From the NCBI GenBank assembly GCA_023268615.1, contig JALQUC010000011.1:3040-67039 (forward strand): DNA of 64,000 nt. Direction: 5' to 3'. The DNA comes from Candidatus Altimarinota bacterium. Lineage in GTDB: Bacteria > Patescibacteriota > Gracilibacteria > BD1-5 > JAGOOR01. A program made the translations under genes and the position numbers. This document shows positions 35,468 to 45,777 of this stretch, in pieces (within the stretch, counting starts at the first letter, position 1; each line of letters opens with the position of its first letter). The notes under the pieces are model-generated. The model saw nothing but the letters and a program-made list of their open reading frames with translations, was not told where the DNA came from and searched no databases.

Positions 35468-38128
35468 TTATTTTATTCGTATTACTTTTATTCCTTCTTC
35501 TGGCCCATCTGATGGTCATTTCTGCCTAAAAAGAGGGTGTCCACTTGATGATGAAGGTGCGCCAATTTGCTGTAAATCATCGAGATTAATCTCTACTTGC
35601 TGTACTTGAGTATTTGCTTTTGCTGAGAGTATACCTCGTACAACACGATAATTCACCTCATCCATCATCTGTATGAAGAGCTCGTAGGCTCGCTCTTGGT
35701 AGACGAGGAGGGGTTGTTTTTGATTATACCCCTCAAATGCTACATCTTCACGGAGATTTGCCATTTTCTCAATATGTTCCATCCAGAGCTGATCGATAGC
35801 AGCGAGGTATATTTCTCTCTGAAATTGGTCAAAATTCCTCTCTCCGAAGAGTTTTTGGACTTCTGTGAGTTTGTCTCTCCAGAGGGTATAGATTTCATCT
35901 TTTACGTCTTCAAACTCATTACCCTGCATTGTGACAGGGGTTTTGAGTATATCGCTCATACTCGCAGAGAGTTTATCTATATCGACTTTTCCTTCCTCAT
36001 CTTGGTGCTTCATGACCATGCGTTCAGCTTCATCGCGGAATATTTTTTCAATTTGGAGATCAATATCTGATCCGGTGTCATCATTTTTTGCGAAATCTTC
36101 GAGCATTTTTTGCCGTCTGCCATAGACGATGAGACGATGCTGATTCATGACATCATCGTATTCGAGGACATGTTTTCGCATGTCAAAATGTCGTCCTTCT
36201 ACTTGTTTCTGAATTGCGGTAATTCTCTTTGTTAGTGTGCGGCTCTGTATGAGTGGTTCGTTTTCTGGGAGACTCGCGAAAAATGGTGAATTGAACATCG
36301 AGAAGAGTTTGTCTCCACCAAATATACGCATGATATCATCACTTGGTGAGACCAAGAACTGACTCATACCAGGATCACCCTGACGACCAGCACGACCACG
36401 GAGCTGATTGTCGATACGACGAGTTTCGTGTTTTTCTGTACCGAGTATTGCGAGGCCGCCCAGTTCTGCGACTCATTCACCGAGCTTGATATCTGTTCCT
36501 CGTCCTGCCATATTGGTGGCTATGGTGATAGCACCTCGCTGACCTGCTTTACCCACTATCTCAGCCTCTCGTGCATCCTGTTTTGCATTGAGGACTTCGT
36601 GTTTGATGCCTTTTTTTGTGAGCATATCAGAGAGGAGCTCGGACTTTGCGACCGAGACGGTACCGACGAGGATAGGCTGTCCAGTTGCGTGGATTTTTTC
36701 GATAACACCGACGATGTAATCAAATTTCCCTTTTTCATTTTTGAAGAGAAGATCAGCACGGTCATCACGAATGAGGGGTTTGTTCGTCGGTATCTGTACG
36801 ACACTGAGACCGTAGATTTTCTGGAATTCTTCTTCCTCTGTTTTTGCTGTACCAGTCATCCCTGAGAGCTTCTCATAGAGACGAAAAAAGTTCTGATAGG
36901 TGATATTTGCTAGTGTCTTGCTCTCTCGTTGTATTGTGACATTTTCCTTTGCTTCAAGTGCCTGATGGAGACCATTGCTAAATCTCCTTCACTCCATGAC
37001 ACGACCAGTATGTTCGTCGATAATCATGATATCCTGTCCTCGTACGAGGTAGTCGATGTCGCGTATGTAGCATGCCTTTGCACGGAGAGCATTCTCTATG
37101 TGATGGAGGTCATTGTAGTGATCTGAGACAAATATGTTTTCTATTCCCAGGGACTTTTCTATCCTCTCGATACCTTCTTCTGTGAGGGCAACTGTTTTTG
37201 TTTTTTCATCGACGGTGTAATGCTCTGGATGTGAGAGCTTGTTTGCCATTTGGGCAAACTTGAGATATTTCGAAGTCGGTTCATCATCAGGTGAAGATAT
37301 AATGAGTGGTGTACGAGCCTCATCGACGAGAATCGAATCCACCTCATCGACGATAGCAAATGCACGACGAGACATGACCTGATCAGTGATACTCGGAGCC
37401 ATATTATCACGCAGATAATCAAATCCGAGCTCAGTATTTGTCACATAGACGATGTCACAGTTGTAGTTTTTTCTCTTCTCATCACGAGATTGATTATTGA
37501 GTACAACACCAGTCGTGAGACCGAGAGCGCTATATATAATACTCATTTCTCCAGCATCACGACGAGAGAGATATTCATTAACTGTCACAACATGGACAGG
37601 ATCACCAGACAGGGCATTGAGATACGCTGCGAGAGTCGCTACGAGTGTTTTACCTTCACCTGTACGCATCTCAGGTATATTTCCGTCATTGAGTGTGAGT
37701 GCACCGATGAGCTGTACATCAAATGGTATCATATTCCATACCTTCTGCGATCCATCAGAGAGAGTGAATTCTTGACCAAAAATCAGCTCACTTGCCCTTC
37801 TGTGGAGTGCGAGAGCTTCAAAACGGATATTCTGCACCATAGCCTCGCGAGACTGTATGTATGTTTTTTTATTTTTCTCATGTGCTTCGGCTTTTTCTAT
37901 GAGACCGAGAGAGACATCGTTATTGATTTTGTCTTTTTCTGTGATAAATGCGAGTCGAATTGGCTCAAATCGTGAACTAAATTCTCTTGTTTTTGATTTT
38001 ACCGCATCGAGATTATCAATAGTTTTTTGATATTCTTCTTCAATTTTTTTGATTTTTAAGAGGTCTTTCTGGTATCCATGGAGCATGACGACTGTGGGAT
38101 CGCCGAAGAGACGGTTCAGGATGTTCAT
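35468..38128 (-). CDS. secA: preprotein translocase ATPase SecA
   Basis: 886 aa, junctions codon-walked. Motifs [38 protein letters not shown] and [17 protein letters not shown]. The last TGA (35516) is read through to TAA 35468. Confidence 0.93.
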
Positions 38129-38144
38129 ACACTTTTTCTACAAA

Positions 38145-38172
38145 TTAAAAATGAATAATTAAAAATGAATAA
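38145..38172 (+). repeat. (ATTAAAAATGAATA)x2 tandem repeat in the secA upstream intergenic region
   Basis: Two perfect 14-nt units. The minus strand contains TTCATTTTT, as in the 54004 repeat. Confidence 0.8.
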
Positions 38173-38248
38173 TGATGGATTTTCATTTAATTTTGTGCAA
38201 TTATAGGTATTTTTTGACTTTTTCAGTTCTAAGTGTTTGACAAATATT

Positions 38249-39631
38249 TTAACTCCATTTATCTATATATTTTTCGACATCAAATTTTTTCTTCATTCCG
38301 CCGAAGGTCATAGAGCGTACGAGACCGTAGTGTGTTTTCTTTGGCGGAAAGGGTCTATCGTGTTTCCCAAAACACCAGGCAATACCAGTGTAGCCGTTTG
38401 GACTACATCCATCAATTGCGTAGGTATCATTGAGATAGACACCGATTCAGTAGGCTTTTTTCCAGTCTCGGAACCACCGCAAAAGTTGTTTGCCCCAATA
38501 CATACGGACATAGCCGTGGATTTTTCCTGTTCTGACGAGCTCATGTTGTGCAGCGTTCCAGAGTGGATCTTCTGTTCTGCCGTGCTTCAGATCATCGAGT
38601 GAATATTCGTTTTGTGTCAGAAGGGAAGTCTGCTTTTCTCGGTCTTCGTCGAGAGTTTTTATGACCCAATCGGGGAGACAGTTCCATTGATCCGGATGCT
38701 TCTCATAGTACCACATGTTGATGGCGAGTTCTCGTCGGACGAGACATTCTTCGAGAAAGCCAATGAGAGAAGTTTCAAGTTTTGAGTTTCAAGTTTTGAG
38801 TTGACTGCACTCGTGATATATCTGGAGTGGTGATATGCAACCAAAGTGGAGATAGGGGGAGAGCAGGGAAGTATTTTCTTCGTTTGGATTTTTCCTGGCT
38901 GTGTCATAGTAGGGGAGTTTCTCTTTTTTAAAAGTATTCCAGTGCTTCTCAGCATGCGACTCTCCTCCGATAAATTTATTTGCATTTCCACAGCTTATAT
39001 CAGTGAGCTCAGAGAGATACTTTTTATACCAGGATGATTTTGCTACTTTTCATAGATCGTCGTGAGTTTGTGTACATTCGACTTTTTCAGGAGATATGTT
39101 TCTTTCTGGTGTCAGCATTGTGACAGTATTCCAGTATTTTTTTCTGAGCGTATAGGCACCGTATTCGACATGGTCGCTGGCTATCCACGGAGGCAGGAGG
39201 CTCGCATCATCGACGAGAACTATGGGGAGAGAGAGTGTGTCTCCAAAATGTGTCAAAATATCTCGAAAATATCGGACATAGGTCGCACTCGCGACTATCA
39301 TCCCAATATCATTTTTTTTGACTATTTTCTCGATAATTTCTCGAGTTTTTCCATAGATGACTGATAGTGTGAGGCCTGCGTCATGGTATGATGTTCTGAG
39401 TTCATCGATTGATTCGATGAGGAAAATAAGCTGACGAATATTCTCGTGCTGATATTCGTTATCTATGGTGATAAGGGGGATGAGTTTTTGTTTTTTCTGA
39501 AGGGCGTATTCACTCGCATAGGCGAGACCACAGTTCCACTCTGTACGAAGTGCTCATTCGGTCCAATAGAGGATATTTCAGCTCTTGTACTGCGCATCAT
39601 TCAGATGTTGTATTCTGCGAGAATCAAACAT
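38249..39631 (-). CDS. phr: class II CPD photolyase
   Basis: 460 aa with 5 TGA. Motifs LVRRELAINMWYY, DPLWNAAQHELVRTGKIHGYVRMYWGK, NDTYAIDGCSPNGYTGIAWCFGKHDR and MTFGGMKKKFD. Confidence 0.85.
38771..38803 (+). repeat. (AGTTTCAAGTTTTG)x2 repeat inside the photolyase gene
   Basis: Two 14-nt units plus a partial unit, carrying the GTTTTGA / GTTTCAA motif. Encodes ..SQLKTGNSKLETS... Confidence 0.85.
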
Positions 39632-39633
39632 GA

Positions 39634-40857
39634 CTAGAGTATATAGAGAAGTTCTCCGAGCGCTAGAGCCGGAGCCTGTCTATATGTTACTGCTCATGTT
39701 TGGAGTTTCTCGAGCATCGTTTTTTGATACTGGCACTCGAGCTCGATACATGCTTTTGCTTGAGCTCCGTAGGTTGACTCACCAGAGAGCATGAGATGAT
39801 GTGGGCGTGTCGTCATCGATGTTTGCATATCGTAGATTTCTTCTGGTGTTACTTTGCCTTCTTCTGTGAGCATGCTCTCGAGAAAGCCTGTTGCACAGAT
39901 GGATTCGACACCATGACGACGGCAAGAGTCAAAGAAATATACCTGCACATCATGCATATTTGGTACGGCACGAGGATCCATCTCGACGCGGAGATCGCCT
40001 CGCCCAAACATCGCGAGCGTGAGATAGTTTAAATCAAGGATTTTATCGATATTGTAGACGGCATACGGAGTTTCAAATTTTCCACCAAGTTCTCATTTGT
40101 AAGCATATTCATCGCGCATGATTCTGACAAAGTGCTTGATATCCTCGGGAGTACTAAAATACGACACCATGATATTATCAACGAATTCAAAACCGAGAAT
40201 ATCACGGGCAAATTCGATACTTTTTCGGTCGTGGTCAGTGATACAATCAATACCAAGAGGGCGATTACGGACGCAGATACCCTTACGACCACCGAGCTTA
40301 AATGTCGATTCTCCTGAGAGGATCTCTGTGCATTCTATCACTGCTCTGTCTCCTGATTTTTGTCTGACAGTAGCAGACATCTTGCCATCATCAAATATCA
40401 CGACATCACCAATCTGCATCACCTCGACGATTTGAGGGAAGCAGACACGGAGCTTACCCGGCTCACAGAATCGCTCTTCTGAAGTGGCTGGCGCATAGGT
40501 GACTTCGAGCATTTCTCAGAGCTCTACTGTGATATCACCCTGTGGTCCCATCTCGTGAATTCGCGGTTTTGGTCACTGGAGATCTATCAAAATAGCGACA
40601 TATTTATGGATAGTTCTCAGATATTGCGCGAGTGCACCCAGGTCTGATTCTTTGCCAATATGAGAACAGTTGACGCGGTATATACCTATCATATCGAGTG
40701 TTTCTGGTGTTTCGCAGAGGACTTTTGCGAGTGCTGGTCCATGAGTCGCGACGATATAGTTCTGGGGTATCGTTTTTTTCTCTTCACGAGAGGTGAGAGA
40801 TATATGTTTGAATGCTTCTAGAGCTTGACTGTAGAGGAGTGTCTTTTCGTTTTGCAT
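39634..40857 (-). CDS. pyk: pyruvate kinase, short form (barrel domains only)
   Basis: 407 aa. Motifs IVATHGPA, RVNCSHIG, LIDLQ-G(TGA)-PKPRI and AMFGRGDLRVEM. No C-terminal regulatory domain before TAG 39634. Confidence 0.75.
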
Positions 40858-40952
40858 AGAGGGATTGTAGACAGAAAAATATCAATGCAAATTTTATTGC
40901 TAAAAGGAATAGAGGAGTATACTGGTAGTCCTACTTTTTAAGCCTTTTCATT

Positions 40953-41288
40953 ATGAATTTTCTAATATCACTTCTGCTCTCTGCAGTGGCTGTATTTGCA
41001 GCTGGTTACATCGTCCCTGGTGTGCAGATTGACGGATTTGTCACCGCTCTCATCGTGGCTATCGTCCTCGGTCTCGTGAATGCGACTATCGGATTCTTCT
41101 TGAAGATGCTCACAGCACCTCTCAACTGGCTCACTCTCGGTCTCGTCTCACTCGTGATCAATGTCCTGATGGTACTCCTGGTTGATAATTTTATCACAGG
41201 ATTTAGTACCAATGGTTTCTGGGCTGCAGCAATATTTGCTCTTGTCCTATCTATCATACAGTCGTTTCTCTGAGTCATGAAAGACTAA
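40953..41288 (+). CDS. phage holin family 4 / DUF360-like membrane protein
   Basis: 111 aa, four hydrophobic helices. One TGA (41271), TAA 41286. Confidence 0.55.
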
Positions 41289-41305
41289 TTGAATTATTCA
41301 TAAAA

Positions 41306-41337
41306 AACCTCCCAGATCTGGGAGGTTTCTTCTTATT
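41306..41337. terminator. rho-independent terminator candidate (possibly bidirectional)
   Basis: Perfect 9-bp stem AACCTCCCA / TGGGAGGTT with loop GATC. T-rich tail on the + strand, A-run on the other side. Confidence 0.6.
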
Positions 41338-41345
41338 CCCTATAT

Positions 41346-41570
41346 TTATCTAGTACTATTGGCCTTATTAAGACCTGGAAATTTCCATACACTATCTGCA
41401 CTAGAGCTTCCATCAGCCGGTCTTACAGCTGGAACATTGAACATTGTTAGAATATCATCAACTACCCCAGGGATTATAACTACTGGAGTGTGAGCAAGAT
41501 TACCTTGAGCAGAGCGAGGATATTCATGGCCAAAATCTCGACCACCTAAAGATAAATTCGGATGAGACAT
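41346..41570 (-). CDS. hypothetical small protein
   Basis: Uninterrupted 74-aa ORF ending in TAA. No family recognised. Confidence 0.35.
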   Translation of the reverse strand: MSHPNLSLGGRDFGHEYPRSAQGNLAHTPVVIIPGVVDDILTMFNVPAVRPADGSSSADSVWKFPGLNKANSTR

Positions 41571-41641
41571 ATAAGTGTATTGTTAAAATATATATTACAT
41601 ACATATTTTATAATGTACAAAAATTAGTCAACAGAAAATGA

Positions 41642-41902
41642 TTATTTCCTATCTTTCCAATTCCACCATTTGAGGAGTTCTGGGTCGCGTTTCTCGGGAG
41701 GAGTATCGGCGAAATAGACCGCACAACGGAAAGTGTAGAGCAGGCAAGGATCTTGCACGCTTCATCGCAGTTTATTCACCATTTCATAGATGACCTCGGG
41801 ATTCTGTCCTCGTAAATCCTCTACCTCTATAAAACCCATCTCTACTAAATCACGGGCGATGACTTTTCAGATTCAGGGGATTTGGAGGAGAGGGGATTTC
41901 AT
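41642..41902 (-). CDS. helix-hairpin-helix protein (Cdd1 / pathogenicity-locus family-like)
   Basis: 86 aa with 3 TGA: ..LQIPG-I-GKVIARDLVEMGF..DPCLLYTFRCAVYFA..LLKWWNWK. Confidence 0.55.
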
Positions 41903-41903
41903 T

Positions 41904-43169
41904 TTATAGACCATTTATAGCTAGATACAAATCACTTGCCATTCTTCTAAGAGGATTTCGTTCTTTTTCATAATTTTTGTAATTATCACGATTTTCTTGA
42001 GACCAATTTCTAATCGTTACCCACCCATTTTCTGTTTTAATTCTTACATATTTTTCTTGCTCAAGTCTTCATCTAATTTTTTGGAGGGTTTGAGCTCGTA
42101 TAGTTCATAAGTTGTACTCTCTGCATATATCTGATATTCCTTTGAGATAAAAGAGCAATTTTTCTGGTGTTAAATCCATTGTTCAAATATTATGCTTTAT
42201 AGGATTCCTCAATTGCTTCTTTTGAGACTTATCAAATAAATGCTCTATGTGACTAATAGACCAAGAGAGTATCATGTTGATATCATTCAGTAAGTAGTAT
42301 GCATTTTCTATATTTTTTGCTCCTTTTATTCCATATTTTTCGGTGTATGTTTGTAGTTTCTTAAAGTTATTATGACCTACAAAACAATATACCATCAGAA
42401 ATGATTTCCATCGTAGTTCTGATCAGAGAGCGTGACGCAAATTATCAATTTTTCTTTTGTAATTTTCTCGTTCCAACCGTATTTTTTTATCAATCACTCC
42501 TCGTGTTTTATCTCAGAAAAATTCTTTTGTTTTTACTCTTCTTTTTTCAACAATTGTTTTGAGTATTTCTTGAGTTTGAGATACAGAAATAGAGGAATTA
42601 CCAATGACTATTTTTTGTTCACTCTGACTTGCAACTCCACCAATAATACTCCTCAAATCGCCAACCAATTTTGGTAAGAGTACATTTGCAATAAGAATCA
42701 AAGATTGTTTGAGAATATCATCTTTTTGCCCATTCAAAAGGGCTTCTCTTGTTTTTTTATGTTTTATTTCCTGGCTTTCATAGTGTTCTAGTAGGTTTCT
42801 GAGTTCACTCAAATATTTAAAATGCTTTTTAAATTCTTCCCAACTGTTATAACAACAGAAAAAATGCCGTTTTAATCAGAGAAATAAAAACGCAAAGTCT
42901 TTTATAACATATTGATATTGACTTGTGAGAGGATCGAGCTCTTTATTTTTAAATCGAATTGTAAAAGGAATATGCCCTGTTTCATGTGAAAAGTTTTTAT
43001 CTTGTTCTTCTAGTAAACTGTAGAGTTTTTTACCTTGTTTGTTGTTTTTGATTCCTTCACGAAAACATTCATCAATTGCAGCACTTGTAAGATCTATGAA
43101 ATAGCGTAACTGATGACGAAAGTCTCGGTTTTCAAATAAGTTATGGAGAAATATATACCCTTTTTTCAT
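41904..43169 (-). CDS. hypothetical 421-aa protein with two RNxxxH (HEPN-type) motifs and a wHTH-like tail
   Basis: Track ORFs 42876..43169, 42513..42812 and 42183..42395 plus the 41904..42179 segment share one frame, separated only by TGA. Motifs LSELRNLLEH (aa 124-129) and QLRNPIKH (aa 321-326). About 27% GC by hand count of one 60-nt line. Confidence 0.55.
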
Positions 43170-43206
43170 AAGAGTATTGTATTTCTTTTGTGATTAATAA
43201 AAGAGA

Positions 43207-43306
43207 TTGAGGAACCCCTCAAAAATGGGTTACCTCAAACCCCCGAATATGAGGAGACAAGGAAACAGCTGCTTGAGGAACCCCTCAAAAATGGGTTACC
43301 TCAAAC
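43207..43306 (-). repeat. CRISPR-like mini-array: two identical 34-nt direct repeats around a unique 32-nt spacer
   Basis: TTGAGGAACCCCTCAAAAATGGGTTACCTCAAAC occurs at 43207-43240 and 43273-43306. The spacer is CCCCGAATATGAGGAGACAAGGAAACAGCTGC. The minus-strand repeat reads GTTTGAGGTAACCCATTTTTGAGGGGTTCCTCAA. Confidence 0.45.
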
Positions 43307-43310
43307 AGAT

Positions 43311-43346
43311 ATTTGAGATATACCCATTTTCAAGAGGATTCAAGAC
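43311..43346 (+). repeat. inverted, degenerate copy of the 34-nt repeat (anti-repeat-like)
   Basis: ATTTGAGATATACCCATTTTCAAGAGGATTCAAGAC aligns to the reverse complement of the repeat. About 25 of the first 26 positions can pair, counting G-U pairs and one bulge. It lies 4 nt from repeat 2. Confidence 0.45.
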
Positions 43347-43405
43347 TTGTGGACTTACGGTAAACTGCCGATCTTGATTCCGTTATGTGTTTTCCTTCCT
43401 ATTTT

Positions 43406-45553
43406 CTAAATCTTCTGCAATCCGATTCGTCCTTTGTCATTATCGACTTGGATGACTTTTACATGGACTTTGTCTCCAGTGTTCACGACATCTTCGACGC
43501 GTTCAACTCGTTTATCAGAGAGTTTGCTAATATGGATCATACCAGATTTGCCACCACCGATTTCGACGATAGCTCCGACACCTTCGAGGATTTTCACGAC
43601 TTCACCATCGAATTCTTGACCGACTTCGATATCACGGACGATATTTTCGATAGCTTTTTTCGCACCTTCACCAGCTTCTTTGCTTGGACCAGTGATGACG
43701 ACTGTTCCATCGTCTTCAATGCTGATTTCTACGCCGAAGTATTTCTGCATGTCCTGAATAGTTTCACCACCTTTACCGATGACCATACCGATTTTCTCAG
43801 GATTGATCTTCATAGAGATGAGTGCAGGAGCATGAGGAGAGACTTCCGGACGAGGCTTCTCGATAGATTTGAGCATACCCTGGAGGATAAATTCTCGAGC
43901 ACCTTTTGCTTGTTCAAATACTTCTTTGACGATATTGAGGCTGAGTCCATCGATTTTTACATCGACCTGGAGAGCAGTGATACCTTTACGAGTACCAGCG
44001 ACCTTGAAATCCATATCTCCGAGGAAATCTTCTTGAGCCTGGATATCAGAGAGGACGACATATTTTCCTGTCTCATCATCGTATATCATACCCATAGCGA
44101 CACCAGAAACAGGAGCTGAGATAGGGACACCAGCATCCATGAGAGCGAGTGTCGATCCACAGACTGAACCCATAGAGCTCGAGCCATTACAGGTGTGGAC
44201 TTCTGAGACGACACGGACAGTGTAGCCGAATTCTTCTACCTTTGGGAGGACAGGAACGAGCGCTTTTTCAGCGAGATTTCCGTGACCGACTTCACGACGA
44301 CCGACTCCACGCATAGCTCGGACTTCACCGACTGAGTAAGGAGGGAAGTTGTAGTGATGCATGTAACGACGCTCGTATTCTGGATACATACCCTCGACGA
44401 GTTCATTATCGAGAGGTCCACCGAGAGTGGCAATAGAGAGTACTGATGTGACACCTCGACGGAAATGACCTGAACCATGTGTGAGAGGGAGGAGACCCAC
44501 TTCTGTCATGATAGGGCGTACTTCGTCACCTTTGCGGCCATCTAGACGACGACCAGTAGCGAGGACATTTTTACGCATGATTTTTTTCACATATTTGTAG
44601 ACCAGTTCTCCGATTTCGTTGCCGTTCAATTCTTCGGTATCTTCTGTGTAACCGAGTGCTGTTTTTGTTTCCTCTATGAGATGCTCGAGAGCATGGTGAA
44701 AGTCGATTTTACCGATATTATAGAGCGCTTCGATTTTTTCTGGAGAGAGTGTGGCAAAGACCTTTTCTTCGAGACCTGCAATGCCAGCACGGGTATCGAG
44801 ATCCATCTTTGTGATAGGGTATTTCGCATTCACTGTTGCGACGAAGTCTTTCTGCGCTGCAGAGAGATCAGCGAGGACCTTCTGAGCGTATTCAAATCCA
44901 CGCATCACCATCTCTTCACTTGCTTCTTTTCCACCCATTTCGACCATCGTGATAATCGATGAAGTACCAGCGACGACGAGCTCATAGAGAGCGTTATTTA
45001 TTTCTTCAAAGGTTGGATCAAATATCATACCACCGTCTTCCATGACCGCGAGACGGACACCAGAGACGGAGTCCTCAAACTGATGAACACCAGCAAGCTG
45101 GAGAGCGATGCTCGCACCTGTGATACCCCAGACACCGAAATCTTGTTTACCAGTCGCAGAGTAGATAGTTGGGATTATTTGGACTTCGTTTGTAGTGCCT
45201 TTTGGGAACATCGGACGGATAGGTCGATCGATGAGACGAGAGTTGAGAATAGCAGAAGTCGTCGGACGAGCTTCACGCTTGTTAAAACGTCCACCACCGA
45301 TATGACCTGTCGCGTAAAAACGCTCTTGGTAATCAACGGAAAGAGGGAAGAAGTCTGCTCCTGGTTTGCCTTTTTTGCTCACACCAACGGTCGTGAGGAG
45401 GACGTGACCAAGAGAATCCTTGATAGTGACAGCACCATCGATGAGGAGGGCAAATGAACCAGTCTCAAAGGTGTAGGTCTTACCAGCGATAGTATAAGAC
45501 TTTGAAATCGGAGTAATCTCTCCGACGTTATTGTCGCGAATACCTGAAATCAT
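43406..45553 (-). CDS. pnp: polyribonucleotide nucleotidyltransferase (PNPase)
   Basis: Uninterrupted 715-aa ORF with two RNase PH domains, then KH and S1 (..GKGGETIQDM.. / ..GAIVEIGGGKSGMIHISK..). Confidence 0.95.
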   Translation of the reverse strand: MISGIRDNNVGEITPISKSYTIAGKTYTFETGSFALLIDGAVTIKDSLGHVLLTTVGVSKKGKPGADFFPLSVDYQERFYATGHIGGGRFNKREARPTTSAILNSRLIDRPIRPMFPKGTTNEVQIIPTIYSATGKQDFGVWGITGASIALQLAGVHQFEDSVSGVRLAVMEDGGMIFDPTFEEINNALYELVVAGTSSIITMVEMGGKEASEEMVMRGFEYAQKVLADLSAAQKDFVATVNAKYPITKMDLDTRAGIAGLEEKVFATLSPEKIEALYNIGKIDFHHALEHLIEETKTALGYTEDTEELNGNEIGELVYKYVKKIMRKNVLATGRRLDGRKGDEVRPIMTEVGLLPLTHGSGHFRRGVTSVLSIATLGGPLDNELVEGMYPEYERRYMHHYNFPPYSVGEVRAMRGVGRREVGHGNLAEKALVPVLPKVEEFGYTVRVVSEVHTCNGSSSMGSVCGSTLALMDAGVPISAPVSGVAMGMIYDDETGKYVVLSDIQAQEDFLGDMDFKVAGTRKGITALQVDVKIDGLSLNIVKEVFEQAKGAREFILQGMLKSIEKPRPEVSPHAPALISMKINPEKIGMVIGKGGETIQDMQKYFGVEISIEDDGTVVITGPSKEAGEGAKKAIENIVRDIEVGQEFDGEVVKILEGVGAIVEIGGGKSGMIHISKLSDKRVERVEDVVNTGDKVHVKVIQVDNDKGRIGLQKI

Positions 45554-45777
45554 AAGAAAAAATGAAGAAAATAAGCGCTTCCGTGGAAGAGCCTAGACTT
45601 ACGCCATAACTGAATACTTCAGTCATCGAGCAAATCCAGAGAGTCTTCTCGCGAGAAACAGAATAATTATAGGGATTTTTTTGAAAAAAGCGAACATAAT
45701 TTTATAAAAATTGACAATCTGTGATAAATATTAAAATTACTTATGTAAACCTTAAAATAATTTCCTGTTATAAATTT

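Noticed and set aside
41904-42179. A separate 91-aa gene (MDLTPEKLL..) downstream of the RNxxxH protein
   Set aside because: It is in the same frame and separated from the upstream ORF only by TGA 42183-42185 plus one codon. Under code 25 it is the C-terminal domain of the 421-aa protein. An internal start cannot be excluded.
43207-43306. Calling the two-repeat element a bona fide CRISPR array in the feature table
   Set aside because: It has only two repeats and one spacer and no recognisable cas genes in the window. It is kept as a repeat feature and flagged as a hypothesis in the findings.
43385-44119. 244-aa + strand ORF, and other long ORFs antisense to pnp, secA, the TPR gene (22791..23375) and pcrA (5371..5881)
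   Set aside because: Their composition is D/F/S/C-rich or otherwise odd. They lie fully inside strongly supported genes on the other strand, so they are shadow ORFs.
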